A DNA stretch of 64,000 bases. Source: Minisyncoccota bacterium. GTDB lineage: Bacteria; Patescibacteriota; Minisyncoccia; UBA6257; 2-01-FULL-56-20. Position numbers and translations under genes: made by a program. How positions within the stretch are numbered: the first letter of the stretch is position 1; each line of letters begins with the position of its first letter. The stretch spans positions 190,585 through 254,584 of the forward strand of contig JBAYLC010000001.1 of assembly GCA_041664245.1 (NCBI GenBank), given 5' to 3'. A model generated the notes under the pieces. That model made no database searches, was not told where the DNA came from, and worked only from the letters and a program-made list of their open reading frames with translations. Shown here in pieces: positions 18,499 to 27,780 of the stretch.

Positions 18499-18651
18499 AT
18501 GCTAAGGCACTATATCTGCCCTGGCGGCTGTGAGGGAGTTTCCGAAAAACAAGGAGTTTGTCAGGCCAAGGATTGTGAAAGAAATGGCGAGGCGCTCGAA
18601 GAGTGCGATTGTCAAAATGGCGCTCATCATCGATCGGAAAATAATCAATAA
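18499..18651 (+). CDS. Cys-rich micro-protein (50 aa, 6 Cys + HH)
   Basis: MLRHYICPGGCEGVSEKQGVCQAKDCERNGEALEECDCQNGAHHRSENNQ; unlisted (below 60 aa); extended -10 TGaTATAAT at 18451-18459; no SD. Confidence 0.4.
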   Translation: MLRHYICPGGCEGVSEKQGVCQAKDCERNGEALEECDCQNGAHHRSENNQ

Positions 18652-18659
18652 AAATAAAA

Positions 18660-18875
18660 ATGACTCAAAAAACTGATGTCCACGGGTTTGTTGTCGTTTA
18701 TGAAGAAAATAGTCGTGAGGGAGTTGCTTATCTTCGCGATGATCTCGATTTAAATGAGGCCCGGGTTTTCTTTGACCAAGCAAAAATAAAAGGTTCTGCC
18801 GAGTTTGAAGATGACGACGATCGGCCATTTACTTTGAGCTATCACGACGGCGAATATACTTTGATTCACCGTTAA
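18660..18875 (+). CDS. Hypothetical acidic small protein (71 aa)
   Basis: ORF directly after Cys-rich ORF; no recognisable domain. Confidence 0.4.
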   Translation: MTQKTDVHGFVVVYEENSREGVAYLRDDLDLNEARVFFDQAKIKGSAEFEDDDDRPFTLSYHDGEYTLIHR

Positions 18876-18912
18876 ACTTGTGTCTTGATACCTGACACTT
18901 GATACTTTTAAC

Positions 18913-19761
18913 ATGCCAATAATCGGCGCTCATGTTTCCACCGCCGGCGGTCTTTCTATGGTGGCTCAAAACGCCAATCGAATTGGCGCTCAAGCCCTTC
19001 AGATTTTTGGCGCTTCGCCCCGGCAGTGGCAAGCTAAAATTCCGGAAAAAATTGAGGTTTCAAAATATCAGGCCGAACTAAAAAAATACAAACTCGGCCC
19101 AGTTTTTCTTCATGCCGCCTATCTAGTGAATCTCGCCAGCCCCGACGAAATGATCCGGGCAAAATCCATAATGTCTTTGACGGCCCATCTTAAAATATCC
19201 GAGGCGATCGGCGCCGAAGGATTAATTTTTCACGTCGGCTCTGGTAAGGAAGCGCCAAAAGAAGAAGCAATGAGTCATATTATTGAAGGCGTAAAAAAAG
19301 TGCTTAAAGAAGTCCCCGGTCAGGCTAAAATTATTCTGGAAAATTCTGCCGGCGGGGGACAGAAACTCGGTTCAAATGCTAAGGAAGTCGGCCAGCTTTT
19401 AGAAAAAATAAATTCTCCGCGCGCCAAAGTTTGTTTTGATACTGCCCACGCTTTCGAAGCGGGGATTATAGAATCTTATTCGCCGGAAAATATTAAAAAA
19501 CTTTTCGACGAATGGGATAGGGGAGTAGGTCTAGAAAATTTTGCCGCCCTTCACGTAAACGATTCCAAAACCGCTTTCAATTCCCATAATGATCGCCATG
19601 AAAATCTCGGCGAGGGTTTTATTGGCCTTAATGGTTTCAAGAATCTCGCAAAAGAAAAAAGAATTAATATTTTGCCGTGGCTTTTAGAAGTTCCCGGTTT
19701 TGATAATCTTGGACCAGACAAAGAAAATGTCGAAATTTTGAAGAAATGTTTTGTGGTATAA
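18913..19761 (+). CDS. nfo: Endonuclease IV (AP endonuclease, Nfo)
   Basis: TIM-barrel AP endonuclease 2 family, MPIIGAHVSTAGG start and metal-binding His/Asp/Glu pattern. Confidence 0.92.
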   Translation: MPIIGAHVSTAGGLSMVAQNANRIGAQALQIFGASPRQWQAKIPEKIEVSKYQAELKKYKLGPVFLHAAYLVNLASPDEMIRAKSIMSLTAHLKISEAIGAEGLIFHVGSGKEAPKEEAMSHIIEGVKKVLKEVPGQAKIILENSAGGGQKLGSNAKEVGQLLEKINSPRAKVCFDTAHAFEAGIIESYSPENIKKLFDEWDRGVGLENFAALHVNDSKTAFNSHNDRHENLGEGFIGLNGFKNLAKEKRINILPWLLEVPGFDNLGPDKENVEILKKCFVV

Positions 19762-19796
19762 TTTTGGAGTCGTAAATTACACATTTTACATACTAC

Positions 19797-20423
19797 ATGG
19801 CTAAACACGTTCTTCCCCAGCTTCCATACATCTACAACGCCCTTGAGCCGTACATCGACGCGCAAACGATGGAAATTCATTACTCCAAACACCATCAAGC
19901 ATATGTTAATAATTTGAACGCCGCGCTGGAAAAATATCCCGAGTTGTTTGAAAAACCGCTTGAAGAATTAATTAAAAACCCAGCTAGTATCCCGGAAGAT
20001 ATCCGAACGGCCGTTCAAAATAACGGCGGCGGCCATCTAAATCACAGCTTTTTCTGGCAAGTTATGGCGCCCGCCTCCGCTGAAGCTGTGGCGGGCAAGC
20101 CCAACGAGCCAACTGGCGAACTAGCCGAATTAATCAATAAAAATTTTCAAAACTTTACTAACTTTAAGGAACTTTTCACTAAAGCCGCCACCGGCCGTTT
20201 TGGCAGCGGTTGGGTTTGGTTAAGCCAAACTCCGGCAGGGGAATTAAAGATTCATTCCACCGCCAACCAAGACAGCCCATTGATCGAAGGACTTAAACCG
20301 CTTTTGACTTTGGACGTCTGGGAACACGCCTATTATCTAAAATACCAAAACCGCCGCGCTGATTATATTGCGGCTTGGTGGAATGTGGTCAATTGGGAAA
20401 AAGTATCAGAAAATTTAGAATAA
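19797..20423 (+). CDS. sodA: Superoxide dismutase, Fe/Mn family
   Basis: [28 protein letters not shown] signatures; extended -10 TGGTATAAT at 19754-19762. Confidence 0.95.
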   Translation: MAKHVLPQLPYIYNALEPYIDAQTMEIHYSKHHQAYVNNLNAALEKYPELFEKPLEELIKNPASIPEDIRTAVQNNGGGHLNHSFFWQVMAPASAEAVAGKPNEPTGELAELINKNFQNFTNFKELFTKAATGRFGSGWVWLSQTPAGELKIHSTANQDSPLIEGLKPLLTLDVWEHAYYLKYQNRRADYIAAWWNVVNWEKVSENLE

Positions 20424-20427
20424 AAAA

Positions 20428-21213
20428 ATGAAAAATTATTCGAAATTATTTAAAGTTTTTTTAGTCGCCATTTGCATTGAAGCAGTATCGATGTTTGAAA
20501 TAACGCGTTATTGGATCAACGACGGACCTCGCGGAATTATTTTTTTAATTTCTGTTCTTTTTCTCATCCTAATGCTTGTGGGGATTTGGTTAGCTCTCCT
20601 AAGAAAACGGCTCGGCATATTAATTGCCATAATATCAAGCGCGGTAGCCCTCATTGAATCACTTATATCTATTCTTGCTCTCGGTTTTGGTGGTGATGCA
20701 CCATCTTCCTATAATGTACTCCTAGACATTTCAGCAATTTTTAGTATTGGAGTGCTAATATTGGGAAGTATGGCATTAGCTCATTTTAAAAAAAATATCG
20801 CCGAGAATTCAAACCAAATTAAAAATTATTCAAAATTATTGAAATCCTTTTTAATCATTGTTTGTATTGAAGCGGCAGCAATGTTTGGATTGTTGTTCAC
20901 TGTCTTTGATATTATTCCCTTCTCTATACCCCTTTTCATATTGATGATTGGCGGTATATTTTTAACATTCCAAAAATATTGGTGGGGTATAATCCTAACG
21001 CTAATTCCTTATTTATTCATCCACTCGTCTTTTCTATCAAATTACATTTTTTCCAACTGGCTGTCGTTGTCTCCAGGTGATTCTTGGCCTCTTTTTGCTG
21101 TGGTGCTAAATTTTATTTTTCTCCCCGGAATTTTAATTTTGGGAATTATAAATATAATTAATCTAATAAAAGAGAAAAAGGTCGCCGAAAATTTACTCCC
21201 TCACCAAAATTAG
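20428..21213 (+). CDS. Polytopic membrane protein with internal tandem duplication (hypothetical)
   Basis: KNYSKLFKVFLVAICIEAVSMF repeated as KNYSKLLKSFLIIVCIEAAAMF about 125 aa later. Confidence 0.55.
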   Translation: MKNYSKLFKVFLVAICIEAVSMFEITRYWINDGPRGIIFLISVLFLILMLVGIWLALLRKRLGILIAIISSAVALIESLISILALGFGGDAPSSYNVLLDISAIFSIGVLILGSMALAHFKKNIAENSNQIKNYSKLLKSFLIIVCIEAAAMFGLLFTVFDIIPFSIPLFILMIGGIFLTFQKYWWGIILTLIPYLFIHSSFLSNYIFSNWLSLSPGDSWPLFAVVLNFIFLPGILILGIINIINLIKEKKVAENLLPHQN

Positions 21214-21232
21214 TGAGGGCTTAAATAAAAAA

Positions 21233-21469
21233 ATGAATTTTAACTTTCTAAATTTACAGAATTATTTCGGCCCAGATTTCGTAACAAACTACGCTTGGCT
21301 AATTTCTCTTATTTTTATCTGGAGCATTATCTGGAAAGGTCTTGCGCTCTGGAAGGCCGCCGGTCGAAAAGAAAAATGGTGGTTTATCGTTCTTTTGATC
21401 GTCAATACCATCGGCATCTTAGAAATTCTCTATCTTTTCGTTTTTAGTAAAGACAAAAAACAAGTTTAA
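21233..21469 (+). CDS. Small membrane protein (78 aa, hypothetical)
   Basis: Two predicted TM helices; followed by terminator 21481-21516. Confidence 0.5.
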   Translation: MNFNFLNLQNYFGPDFVTNYAWLISLIFIWSIIWKGLALWKAAGRKEKWWFIVLLIVNTIGILEILYLFVFSKDKKQV

Positions 21470-21480
21470 GATTCAATTTA

Positions 21481-21516
21481 AAAACCGGTCCCGCTTAGCG
21501 GGACCGGTTTTTGGTT
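21481..21516 (+). terminator. Intrinsic terminator
   Basis: AAAACCGGTCCCGC-ttag-GCGGGACCGGTTTT. Confidence 0.85.
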
Positions 21517-21817
21517 CTTTATTTTTTAAACTTAACAAAATTCCATGCCCGATCGGCAGGAACTTTGCCCTTTCCGACTTGAAAGGAATCGCTTTGCTAT
21601 TTCGGAGAAAAGCGATGATTCCGCGAATTAATAATATTGGTATCCGCAGGGGCGAACCCGCAGGTTGCCACGATTTGGATCCTTATTTTATTTTTGTTAA
21701 CCGGAACATCGATCTCCCCCGGCAAAGCTACTTTTATATTCCCACCTAGTAAGACATTGTCAATAAAAATAGGGGAGATCCAGTTGAAAAATTGTGGAAA
21801 AATTGAATTTTTCTAGA

Positions 21818-22738
21818 TTAAGACACCGCGGTATTCTGGATAATTGTTTTTAAAACTCCATCGTTTTCCAATTCTCCTAATTTTATATCCTTCTTTTCAG
21901 ACAGAACGGAATCAATTATGCCGATTAACCTTTCTAGCTGTTTAGAATTCACACCTTCCTCTGTGGTCTTTTTTTCCACTAAATTTTTATAAAATTCCAG
22001 TTGTTTTTGAATCTCTAAAAGAAAAGCTATTTGCGCCGGATTAGTCTTCATCTTTTCGTTTAGATTATGAAGGGTTTCTTTTTGGAGGCCATTTTTTTCT
22101 GGTATTCTCTTTAATTTAATAATTTGCGCAAAATCGGCAAAAAGTTGATTGCAATTATTTCCCTCCAATCCAACCACCACTGGAATAATGTGCCTTAAAC
22201 TGCGTTTATTCCGATCAATTTGAGATTCAAAATATTTTACCTCGGTCGGTCTTGTTTCTCCTGTGATGCTTTTGATATTTCTTCTAATTTTTGAAGTTGT
22301 TAAGTGATAATCATTCCGCATTGAAGCATCCACCGCCAAAGCAATTGTCTCGGGATTATCTTCCCCTAGGTCAAATTCTAAAACGGCATCAACGTGATTT
22401 ATAACATCATCGAACTCCGTTGTTCTTGAAATAAGAACATTATCACCGAACCAGTCGTTCAATTCCGCCTGATTAGTGACTAAAATTTCCAACGCTTCAC
22501 TTCTTAATTTTCCCTCCCTAGTTTTCTGCACCTCTTCGTCCGTTAAATGTTCTTCGTTTTCAGAAAAATTCCTTTTAGCGGCCGCTAAAAGTTGCTCATC
22601 ACGCTTTATTTCATCTGTCGGAAAAATGTCACTAAAATTATCAAGCTCCGGTCGTTTTTCGGCGGCGGATAAAATCAAGCCAACATTTTCTCGGTTTTCG
22701 TTAAAATTTCCTACTTGTTCGAACATTGATTGTTTCAT
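21818..22738 (-). CDS. Hypothetical acidic protein (306 aa), no recognisable domain
   Basis: Long ORF in AT-rich background; no motifs recognised. Confidence 0.5.
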   Translation of the reverse strand: MKQSMFEQVGNFNENRENVGLILSAAEKRPELDNFSDIFPTDEIKRDEQLLAAAKRNFSENEEHLTDEEVQKTREGKLRSEALEILVTNQAELNDWFGDNVLISRTTEFDDVINHVDAVLEFDLGEDNPETIALAVDASMRNDYHLTTSKIRRNIKSITGETRPTEVKYFESQIDRNKRSLRHIIPVVVGLEGNNCNQLFADFAQIIKLKRIPEKNGLQKETLHNLNEKMKTNPAQIAFLLEIQKQLEFYKNLVEKKTTEEGVNSKQLERLIGIIDSVLSEKKDIKLGELENDGVLKTIIQNTAVS

Positions 22739-22777
22739 TATTTAATTCTATCACCTTAACTGATCTCACGGGAAACA

Positions 22778-22805
22778 CAAAAGCGGCCCCGAAGGACCGC
22801 TTTTG
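22778..22805. terminator. Bidirectional intrinsic terminator
   Basis: AAAAGCGGCCCC-gaa-GGACCGCTTTT with T/A runs both sides. Confidence 0.7.
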
Positions 22806-22809
22806 CGTT

Positions 22810-23244
22810 TTATTCTAATACGATAATTTTGCTATAGGCAAGGCCGAAATGAATCGCTTCCGCTTTCGTTGGCATCCAAACATCAACATTCTCTTTTTTT
22901 CTTGGATGCATTCGATCGTCCACCGTGAATACTTTTTCTCCGAAAAATTCCGGAATCATAATTTTTGTTCCGAAAGGCAGTAAGTTAGTTGCCACAATTC
23001 CATCTCGCACCCGGTTTCCGGTTGCGGTGATGAAAGGAGTGTCGTCGGTTTCATCTGGGGTGCTTGAGTAAGCCGTCACCCACAGATGAAGAGTGTCTTT
23101 CACCTTAGTGGTCGTATAAGCGACCGTACTTTGGTTAACTTCGCTTTCCACCGAATAAATTCGGGGGGAAGTGCTGTTAACTGTACTGGCAGCAATCGGT
23201 TGCAAGCTGGCGATTCCTATCGCTAGTAACGCTAATGTATGCAT
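22810..23244 (-). CDS. Secreted 3D-domain protein (YuiC/MltA-like double-psi beta-barrel; putative cell-wall lytic enzyme)
   Basis: Signal peptide, then GIVATNLLPFGTKIMIPEFFGEKVFTVDDRMHPRKKENVDVWMP matching 3D domain with three conserved Asp. Confidence 0.7.
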   Translation of the reverse strand: MHTLALLAIGIASLQPIAASTVNSTSPRIYSVESEVNQSTVAYTTTKVKDTLHLWVTAYSSTPDETDDTPFITATGNRVRDGIVATNLLPFGTKIMIPEFFGEKVFTVDDRMHPRKKENVDVWMPTKAEAIHFGLAYSKIIVLE

Positions 23245-23449
23245 ATTTCAAGGTTCAATCCGTCAACCCATATATCCGGATCGATCAGGTAAGGTTTTCT
23301 GGTTATTTCTGCGCTAGGCGCGAACCAAGAAGCCTTTCTCCTGTTTTAAGCCCTGTTTTGCTGGGCTTTAAGGTAATAAAAAACCCCCGCCAAGGGGTAC
23401 CATTTATTACGCTTCCAGTATACTCGCCTGTCTGAAAAAGTCAAATTCA

Positions 23450-23483
23450 AGTGAAAAAGAAGAATCCCTAGTAACAGGGATTC
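23450..23483 (-). terminator. Intrinsic terminator for small membrane gene
   Basis: GAATCCCT-agtaac-AGGGATTC perfect IR followed (minus strand) by TTCTTTTTC. Confidence 0.7.
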
Positions 23484-23501
23484 AAAAAGGGGCGTTGCAA
23501 G

Positions 23502-23780
23502 TTACGAATTTCGTAAACGGCATCGATTCTGACGAGCGAGAAGGGAATCTGCCAAACCCGCAATACCGAGAACAAAAGTGAGTAAACCAAATATCAGGCC
23601 CACTGCAAAGTGGGCAACCCTAGATTTTTCTCCAAGCCATTTTGGAGCAGAGGGAGCACTCACTCGATCGGCAATAAACATAAGAACTGAGCCGACCAAA
23701 CCTAAAACAAGCCAACCGCCTACCAACCAAAACATAACAAAACCTCCAAAAAAGTTACTCAACTTACTAAAACAATACAA
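23502..23780 (-). CDS. Small membrane protein (hypothetical)
   Basis: Three hydrophobic segments; start site uncertain. Confidence 0.45.
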   Translation of the reverse strand: MYCFSKLSNFFGGFVMFWLVGGWLVLGLVGSVLMFIADRVSAPSAPKWLGEKSRVAHFAVGLIFGLLTFVLGIAGLADSLLARQNRCRLRNS

Positions 23781-23896
23781 TCACTTAATTATATAAATGT
23801 CAATATAAAAATAGGAAAGACTAGATATGTTAAAATTAAGCAACAACAATTTGATTAGTATCATTAGCACTATTAGTATATTTGTACCATCCCAAA

Positions 23897-25195
23897 ATGC
23901 TCATAAAGAATTTTGACTCGCTTACTAAGTCTGATGCCCGCAAGGCAATTTTGGAAATTGCCGAAGCCGGACTAAAAGCGATTAACACCGAACTGGCTAT
24001 AAAAAAATCCGTTAAAGTTGTTGGTGATAAGCTTATTGTTGAAAAGGAGGAATTTTCACTTAAAAAAAATCAAAAAATTATTCTGATTGGCGTTGGTAAG
24101 TGTGCTCTTGATGGTATCTCGGCGCTTCAAAATATTTTGGATTATCGGGTCACAAAAGGAATCGCCCTCGATGTTCGAAAGGGATATATTTCCAGTCGAG
24201 TAAAAGTTTTAACTGGCACTCATCCCTTACCGACCAAAACTAATGTTGATGCATCGAAAAAAATTGTCGAACTTCTTAGTAAGTTAGATGAAGACGATCT
24301 TGTCATTTTTTTGATCTCTGGCGGCGGCTCCACTTTACTTTGTTTACCAGATGAAATGAGTTGCCAAGCCGAGGCCGCAATATTGGATAATTTAATCCAT
24401 TCTGGTGTTGATATTGTTCACGTCAATACGGTTCGAAAACATCTATCTCTCGCTCGCGGCGGTTTTCTGGCGAAATACGCCTACCCGGCCAATGTTCTTT
24501 CCTTAATTTTTTCCGATATCCCGACCAACGATATAGAGTTTATTGCTTCCGGACCAACCGTAAAAGACAACACCACTATTCAAGACGCGGCAAAAATTTT
24601 AGCCGAGTTTGATGTTCTCGAAAAATGCGGTTTGAATAATTGCGGCTTAACGGAAACCCCCAAGGAGGATAAATATTTTAAAAAAGTAAGAAATATTCTT
24701 TTAGTTTCGAATAAGGTTGCCCTATTCGCCATGGCCGAAAAATCAAAGGAATTAGGATATGAAAGCGAAATCTGTTCTACGCACCTGACCGGCGAAGCCC
24801 AAAGCGTTGGCAATAACCTAGCCGTTGAACTTCATCAATCTTCTTTCGGAAAAGTTTTTCTCTATGGCGGTGAAACAACGGTTAATATAAAAGGCCAGGG
24901 CAAAGGCGGCCGTAATCAAGAATTAGTCCTAGGTGCTCTCAGCGAAGTCAAAAATGACGAAATAATTTTATCCATCGCTTCCGATGGAAGAGATAACACC
25001 GATCATGCCGGAGCGATTTGTGATATAATTACCAAGAAGAATGCTGAAATAAATAAGGTCGATTCGTTATCGTATCTAAAAAATAATAACTCGTATAATT
25101 TTTTTGAAAAAACTGGAGATTACATCTTAACCGGCAATACTGGCTCCAATGTTTCGGATTTGGTGATTGCTTTAAAAAATAAAGTCGCAACTTAA
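23897..25195 (+). CDS. Glycerate 2-kinase (MOFRL family)
   Basis: DUF4147 + MOFRL architecture; GVGKCALDG and LISGGGSTLL motifs; ATG at 23897 preferred over TTG at 23882. Confidence 0.8.
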   Translation: MLIKNFDSLTKSDARKAILEIAEAGLKAINTELAIKKSVKVVGDKLIVEKEEFSLKKNQKIILIGVGKCALDGISALQNILDYRVTKGIALDVRKGYISSRVKVLTGTHPLPTKTNVDASKKIVELLSKLDEDDLVIFLISGGGSTLLCLPDEMSCQAEAAILDNLIHSGVDIVHVNTVRKHLSLARGGFLAKYAYPANVLSLIFSDIPTNDIEFIASGPTVKDNTTIQDAAKILAEFDVLEKCGLNNCGLTETPKEDKYFKKVRNILLVSNKVALFAMAEKSKELGYESEICSTHLTGEAQSVGNNLAVELHQSSFGKVFLYGGETTVNIKGQGKGGRNQELVLGALSEVKNDEIILSIASDGRDNTDHAGAICDIITKKNAEINKVDSLSYLKNNNSYNFFEKTGDYILTGNTGSNVSDLVIALKNKVAT

Positions 25196-25206
25196 TAACA
25201 AAATAA

Positions 25207-27681
25207 ATGCTCAAAAATATTTTAAAACGAAATAAAAAAGAAAGTACAAACACCATGGTGGTTCCCATGGAAAAACTCGGAATAAAAGACGTCGCTATTG
25301 CCGGCGGCAAAAATGCTTCGCTCGGCGAAATGTTGAAAAATCTCAAACCAAAAGGCGTAAACATTCCTTCTGGCTTTGTGGTCACCGCCGATGCTTACCG
25401 CTACTTTTTAAAAGAAACGAAACTTGATGAGTTCATAAAAAATAGTCTAAAAGACCTCGATACTTCCAATTTAAAAAATCTTGCCAAGCGCGGGAAAGAA
25501 ATTCGGGAAAAAATTAAAAAAAGTAATTTTCCCGATGATTTAAAGAAAGCGATTGCCGCCGGTTATGTCGAGATGGAAAAAACCTACGGCAAAAATATTG
25601 ATGTGGCGGTTCGTTCGAGCGCTACCGCCGAAGATCTGCCCGGCGCCAGCTTTGCTGGCGAGCACGAAACCTATCTGGGCATTCGCGGCATAAACCAAGT
25701 AATGGAAGCCACTCGCGCCGCCATGGCCTCGCTTTTTACTAACAGGGCTATTTCATATCGCGTTGATAAAAAATTTGATCACCTAAAAGTCGCTCTCTCG
25801 GTTGGCGTTCAAAAAATGGTTCGCTCCGATATGGGCGCTTCGGGGATAATGTTCACTCTCGACACCGAATCGGGTTTTCCAAACGTAATCATAATCAACG
25901 CCTCTTGGGGCTTAGGTGAAATGATTGTCCAGGGTGAAGTCACTCCCGATGAATTTTTCGTTTTCAAAGGCGGGCTTAATAAACCCGATCAGAAATTAAA
26001 ACCGATAATCAGCAAGCATCTTGGCGTCAAAAATAAAAAGATGATTTATTCTGCCACCGGGCAGGGGATTAAACAAACCAAAGTTATTTCTACTACCGAA
26101 AAAGAAGAAAATGAATTTGTTTTATCCGATGAAGAAATTCTAAAACTCGCCACCTGGGGATATCTTATTGAAGAGCATTACTCCAATAGAAATAAAAAAT
26201 GGACGCCGATGGATATTGAATGGGCAAAAGACGGCAAAACCGGTGAACTCTTTATTGTCCAAGCTCGGCCGGAAACGATTCACGCCGATCGCGATTTCAC
26301 TAAGGTAAAAGAATATGTCCGCTCCGACGAAGGTCCGATTATCACTAAAGGTGCCTCGGTTGGCAGCCGCATCGCCACCGGCAGCGCCAGAGTTATTTTG
26401 GAAACCAAGAAACTTGGTGAATTTAAAAAAGGTGAAATTCTAGTAACGGGTATGACGGATCCCGACTGGGAACCGATTATGAAAATCGCCTCGGCGATTG
26501 TTACTGATAAGGGCGGTCGAACCTCGCATGCCGCGATCGTTTCACGGGAATTAGGAATTCCTTGCGTGGTTGGAACCGAAAACGCCACGCAAAAAATTAA
26601 AACCGGCGATAAAATTACCGTGGATACAACTGGCAGCGAAGGAATTATTTTCCGGGGAATTATCAAATATAAAATTGTTGAAAATGATGTAAAAACCTTG
26701 CCAAAGATTCACACTAAGTTAATGGTGAACATCGCCACCCCTGAAACCGCTTTTGAAAAATCTTTTTTACCGAACGACGGCGTCGGTCTTGCGCGGGAAG
26801 AATTTATTATCGCTTCAGCGATTGGTATCCATCCCTTAGCTCTTCTGAATTACCAAAAAATGCCCGCTCGCATTAAAAGCGAGATTGATAAAAAAACTCG
26901 CGGTTGGAAAGAGAAAGATGATTTTTACGTTGACAATCTTGCCTACGGCATTGCCAAAATCGGCGCCGCTTTTTACCCGAAACCGGTAATCGTCCGATTT
27001 TCTGATTTCAAAACTAATGAATATAGAACCTTACTGGGCGGTGAATTTTACGAGCCGAACGAGGAAAATCCAATGACTGGTTGGCGCGGCGCTTCTCGTT
27101 ACTACGATCCAAAGTTCGAAGCCGCTTTTAAGCTTGAATGTCTAGCGATGAAAAAAGTTCGTGATGAAATGGGATTAGATAATGTTATCCCGATGGTGCC
27201 TTTCTGCCGTACCGAAGAAGAGGGAATAAAAGTTTTGCAAATTTTAGCCAAATCCGGTTTAGTTTCTCGCTACATCGCCGAAACACAAAAAATAAAAACC
27301 AAAAAAATTACGCCGGTTTATGTGATGTGCGAGATTCCATCGAACGTTTTACTAGCTGATGAATTCCTGGAAATTTTTGACGGCATGTCGATTGGCTCGA
27401 ACGATTTAACCCAGTTGACCGTCGGTCTCGATCGGGACTCGGGTACGTTAAGCTATATCGCCAACGAAAATAATCCGGCGGTCAAAAAACTAATTGAAAT
27501 AGTTATCAAGAAGTGCAACGAACGTTTCCGCTATATCGGCATCTGCGGTCAAGCGCCGTCCGATTACCCTGACTTTGCCGAGTTCTTAGTTGAAAAGGGG
27601 ATTCACAGCATTTCCGTCAATCCGGATGTTGTTGTCTCAACTCTTCTTACTATCGCCAAAAAAGAAGGAAAAACGTTGTAA
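25207..27681 (+). CDS. ppsA: Phosphoenolpyruvate synthase (pyruvate, water dikinase)
   Basis: ATP-grasp N-domain (GGKNASLGEM), phosphohistidine domain GGRTSHAAIVSRELGIPCVVG, C-terminal PEP-utilising TIM barrel; true start possibly ATG 25255. Confidence 0.92.
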   Translation: MLKNILKRNKKESTNTMVVPMEKLGIKDVAIAGGKNASLGEMLKNLKPKGVNIPSGFVVTADAYRYFLKETKLDEFIKNSLKDLDTSNLKNLAKRGKEIREKIKKSNFPDDLKKAIAAGYVEMEKTYGKNIDVAVRSSATAEDLPGASFAGEHETYLGIRGINQVMEATRAAMASLFTNRAISYRVDKKFDHLKVALSVGVQKMVRSDMGASGIMFTLDTESGFPNVIIINASWGLGEMIVQGEVTPDEFFVFKGGLNKPDQKLKPIISKHLGVKNKKMIYSATGQGIKQTKVISTTEKEENEFVLSDEEILKLATWGYLIEEHYSNRNKKWTPMDIEWAKDGKTGELFIVQARPETIHADRDFTKVKEYVRSDEGPIITKGASVGSRIATGSARVILETKKLGEFKKGEILVTGMTDPDWEPIMKIASAIVTDKGGRTSHAAIVSRELGIPCVVGTENATQKIKTGDKITVDTTGSEGIIFRGIIKYKIVENDVKTLPKIHTKLMVNIATPETAFEKSFLPNDGVGLAREEFIIASAIGIHPLALLNYQKMPARIKSEIDKKTRGWKEKDDFYVDNLAYGIAKIGAAFYPKPVIVRFSDFKTNEYRTLLGGEFYEPNEENPMTGWRGASRYYDPKFEAAFKLECLAMKKVRDEMGLDNVIPMVPFCRTEEEGIKVLQILAKSGLVSRYIAETQKIKTKKITPVYVMCEIPSNVLLADEFLEIFDGMSIGSNDLTQLTVGLDRDSGTLSYIANENNPAVKKLIEIVIKKCNERFRYIGICGQAPSDYPDFAEFLVEKGIHSISVNPDVVVSTLLTIAKKEGKTL

Positions 27682-27780
27682 GTGAAACAGTAAAAATCCG
27701 TCATTGATGTTTTTGCTAAAAGTTCACTCATATGTAACAATAAACAAAAGGGCGGAATCTAAAATATTTAAAATAATATT

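Noticed and set aside
18502-18828. Minus-strand 108-aa ORF overlapping the Cys-rich and acidic small ORFs
   Set aside because: No SD, and the + strand carries a promoter and terminator arrangement; taken as antisense artefact, though confidence in the + strand micro-ORFs is itself moderate.
23245-23460. c-di-AMP (ydaO-type) riboswitch upstream of the 3D-domain cell-wall gene
   Set aside because: Looked for ACGGGGAG / CGGGGUGAAUC-type conserved blocks on the minus strand; not found. The hairpins present are better explained as terminators of the neighbouring gene.
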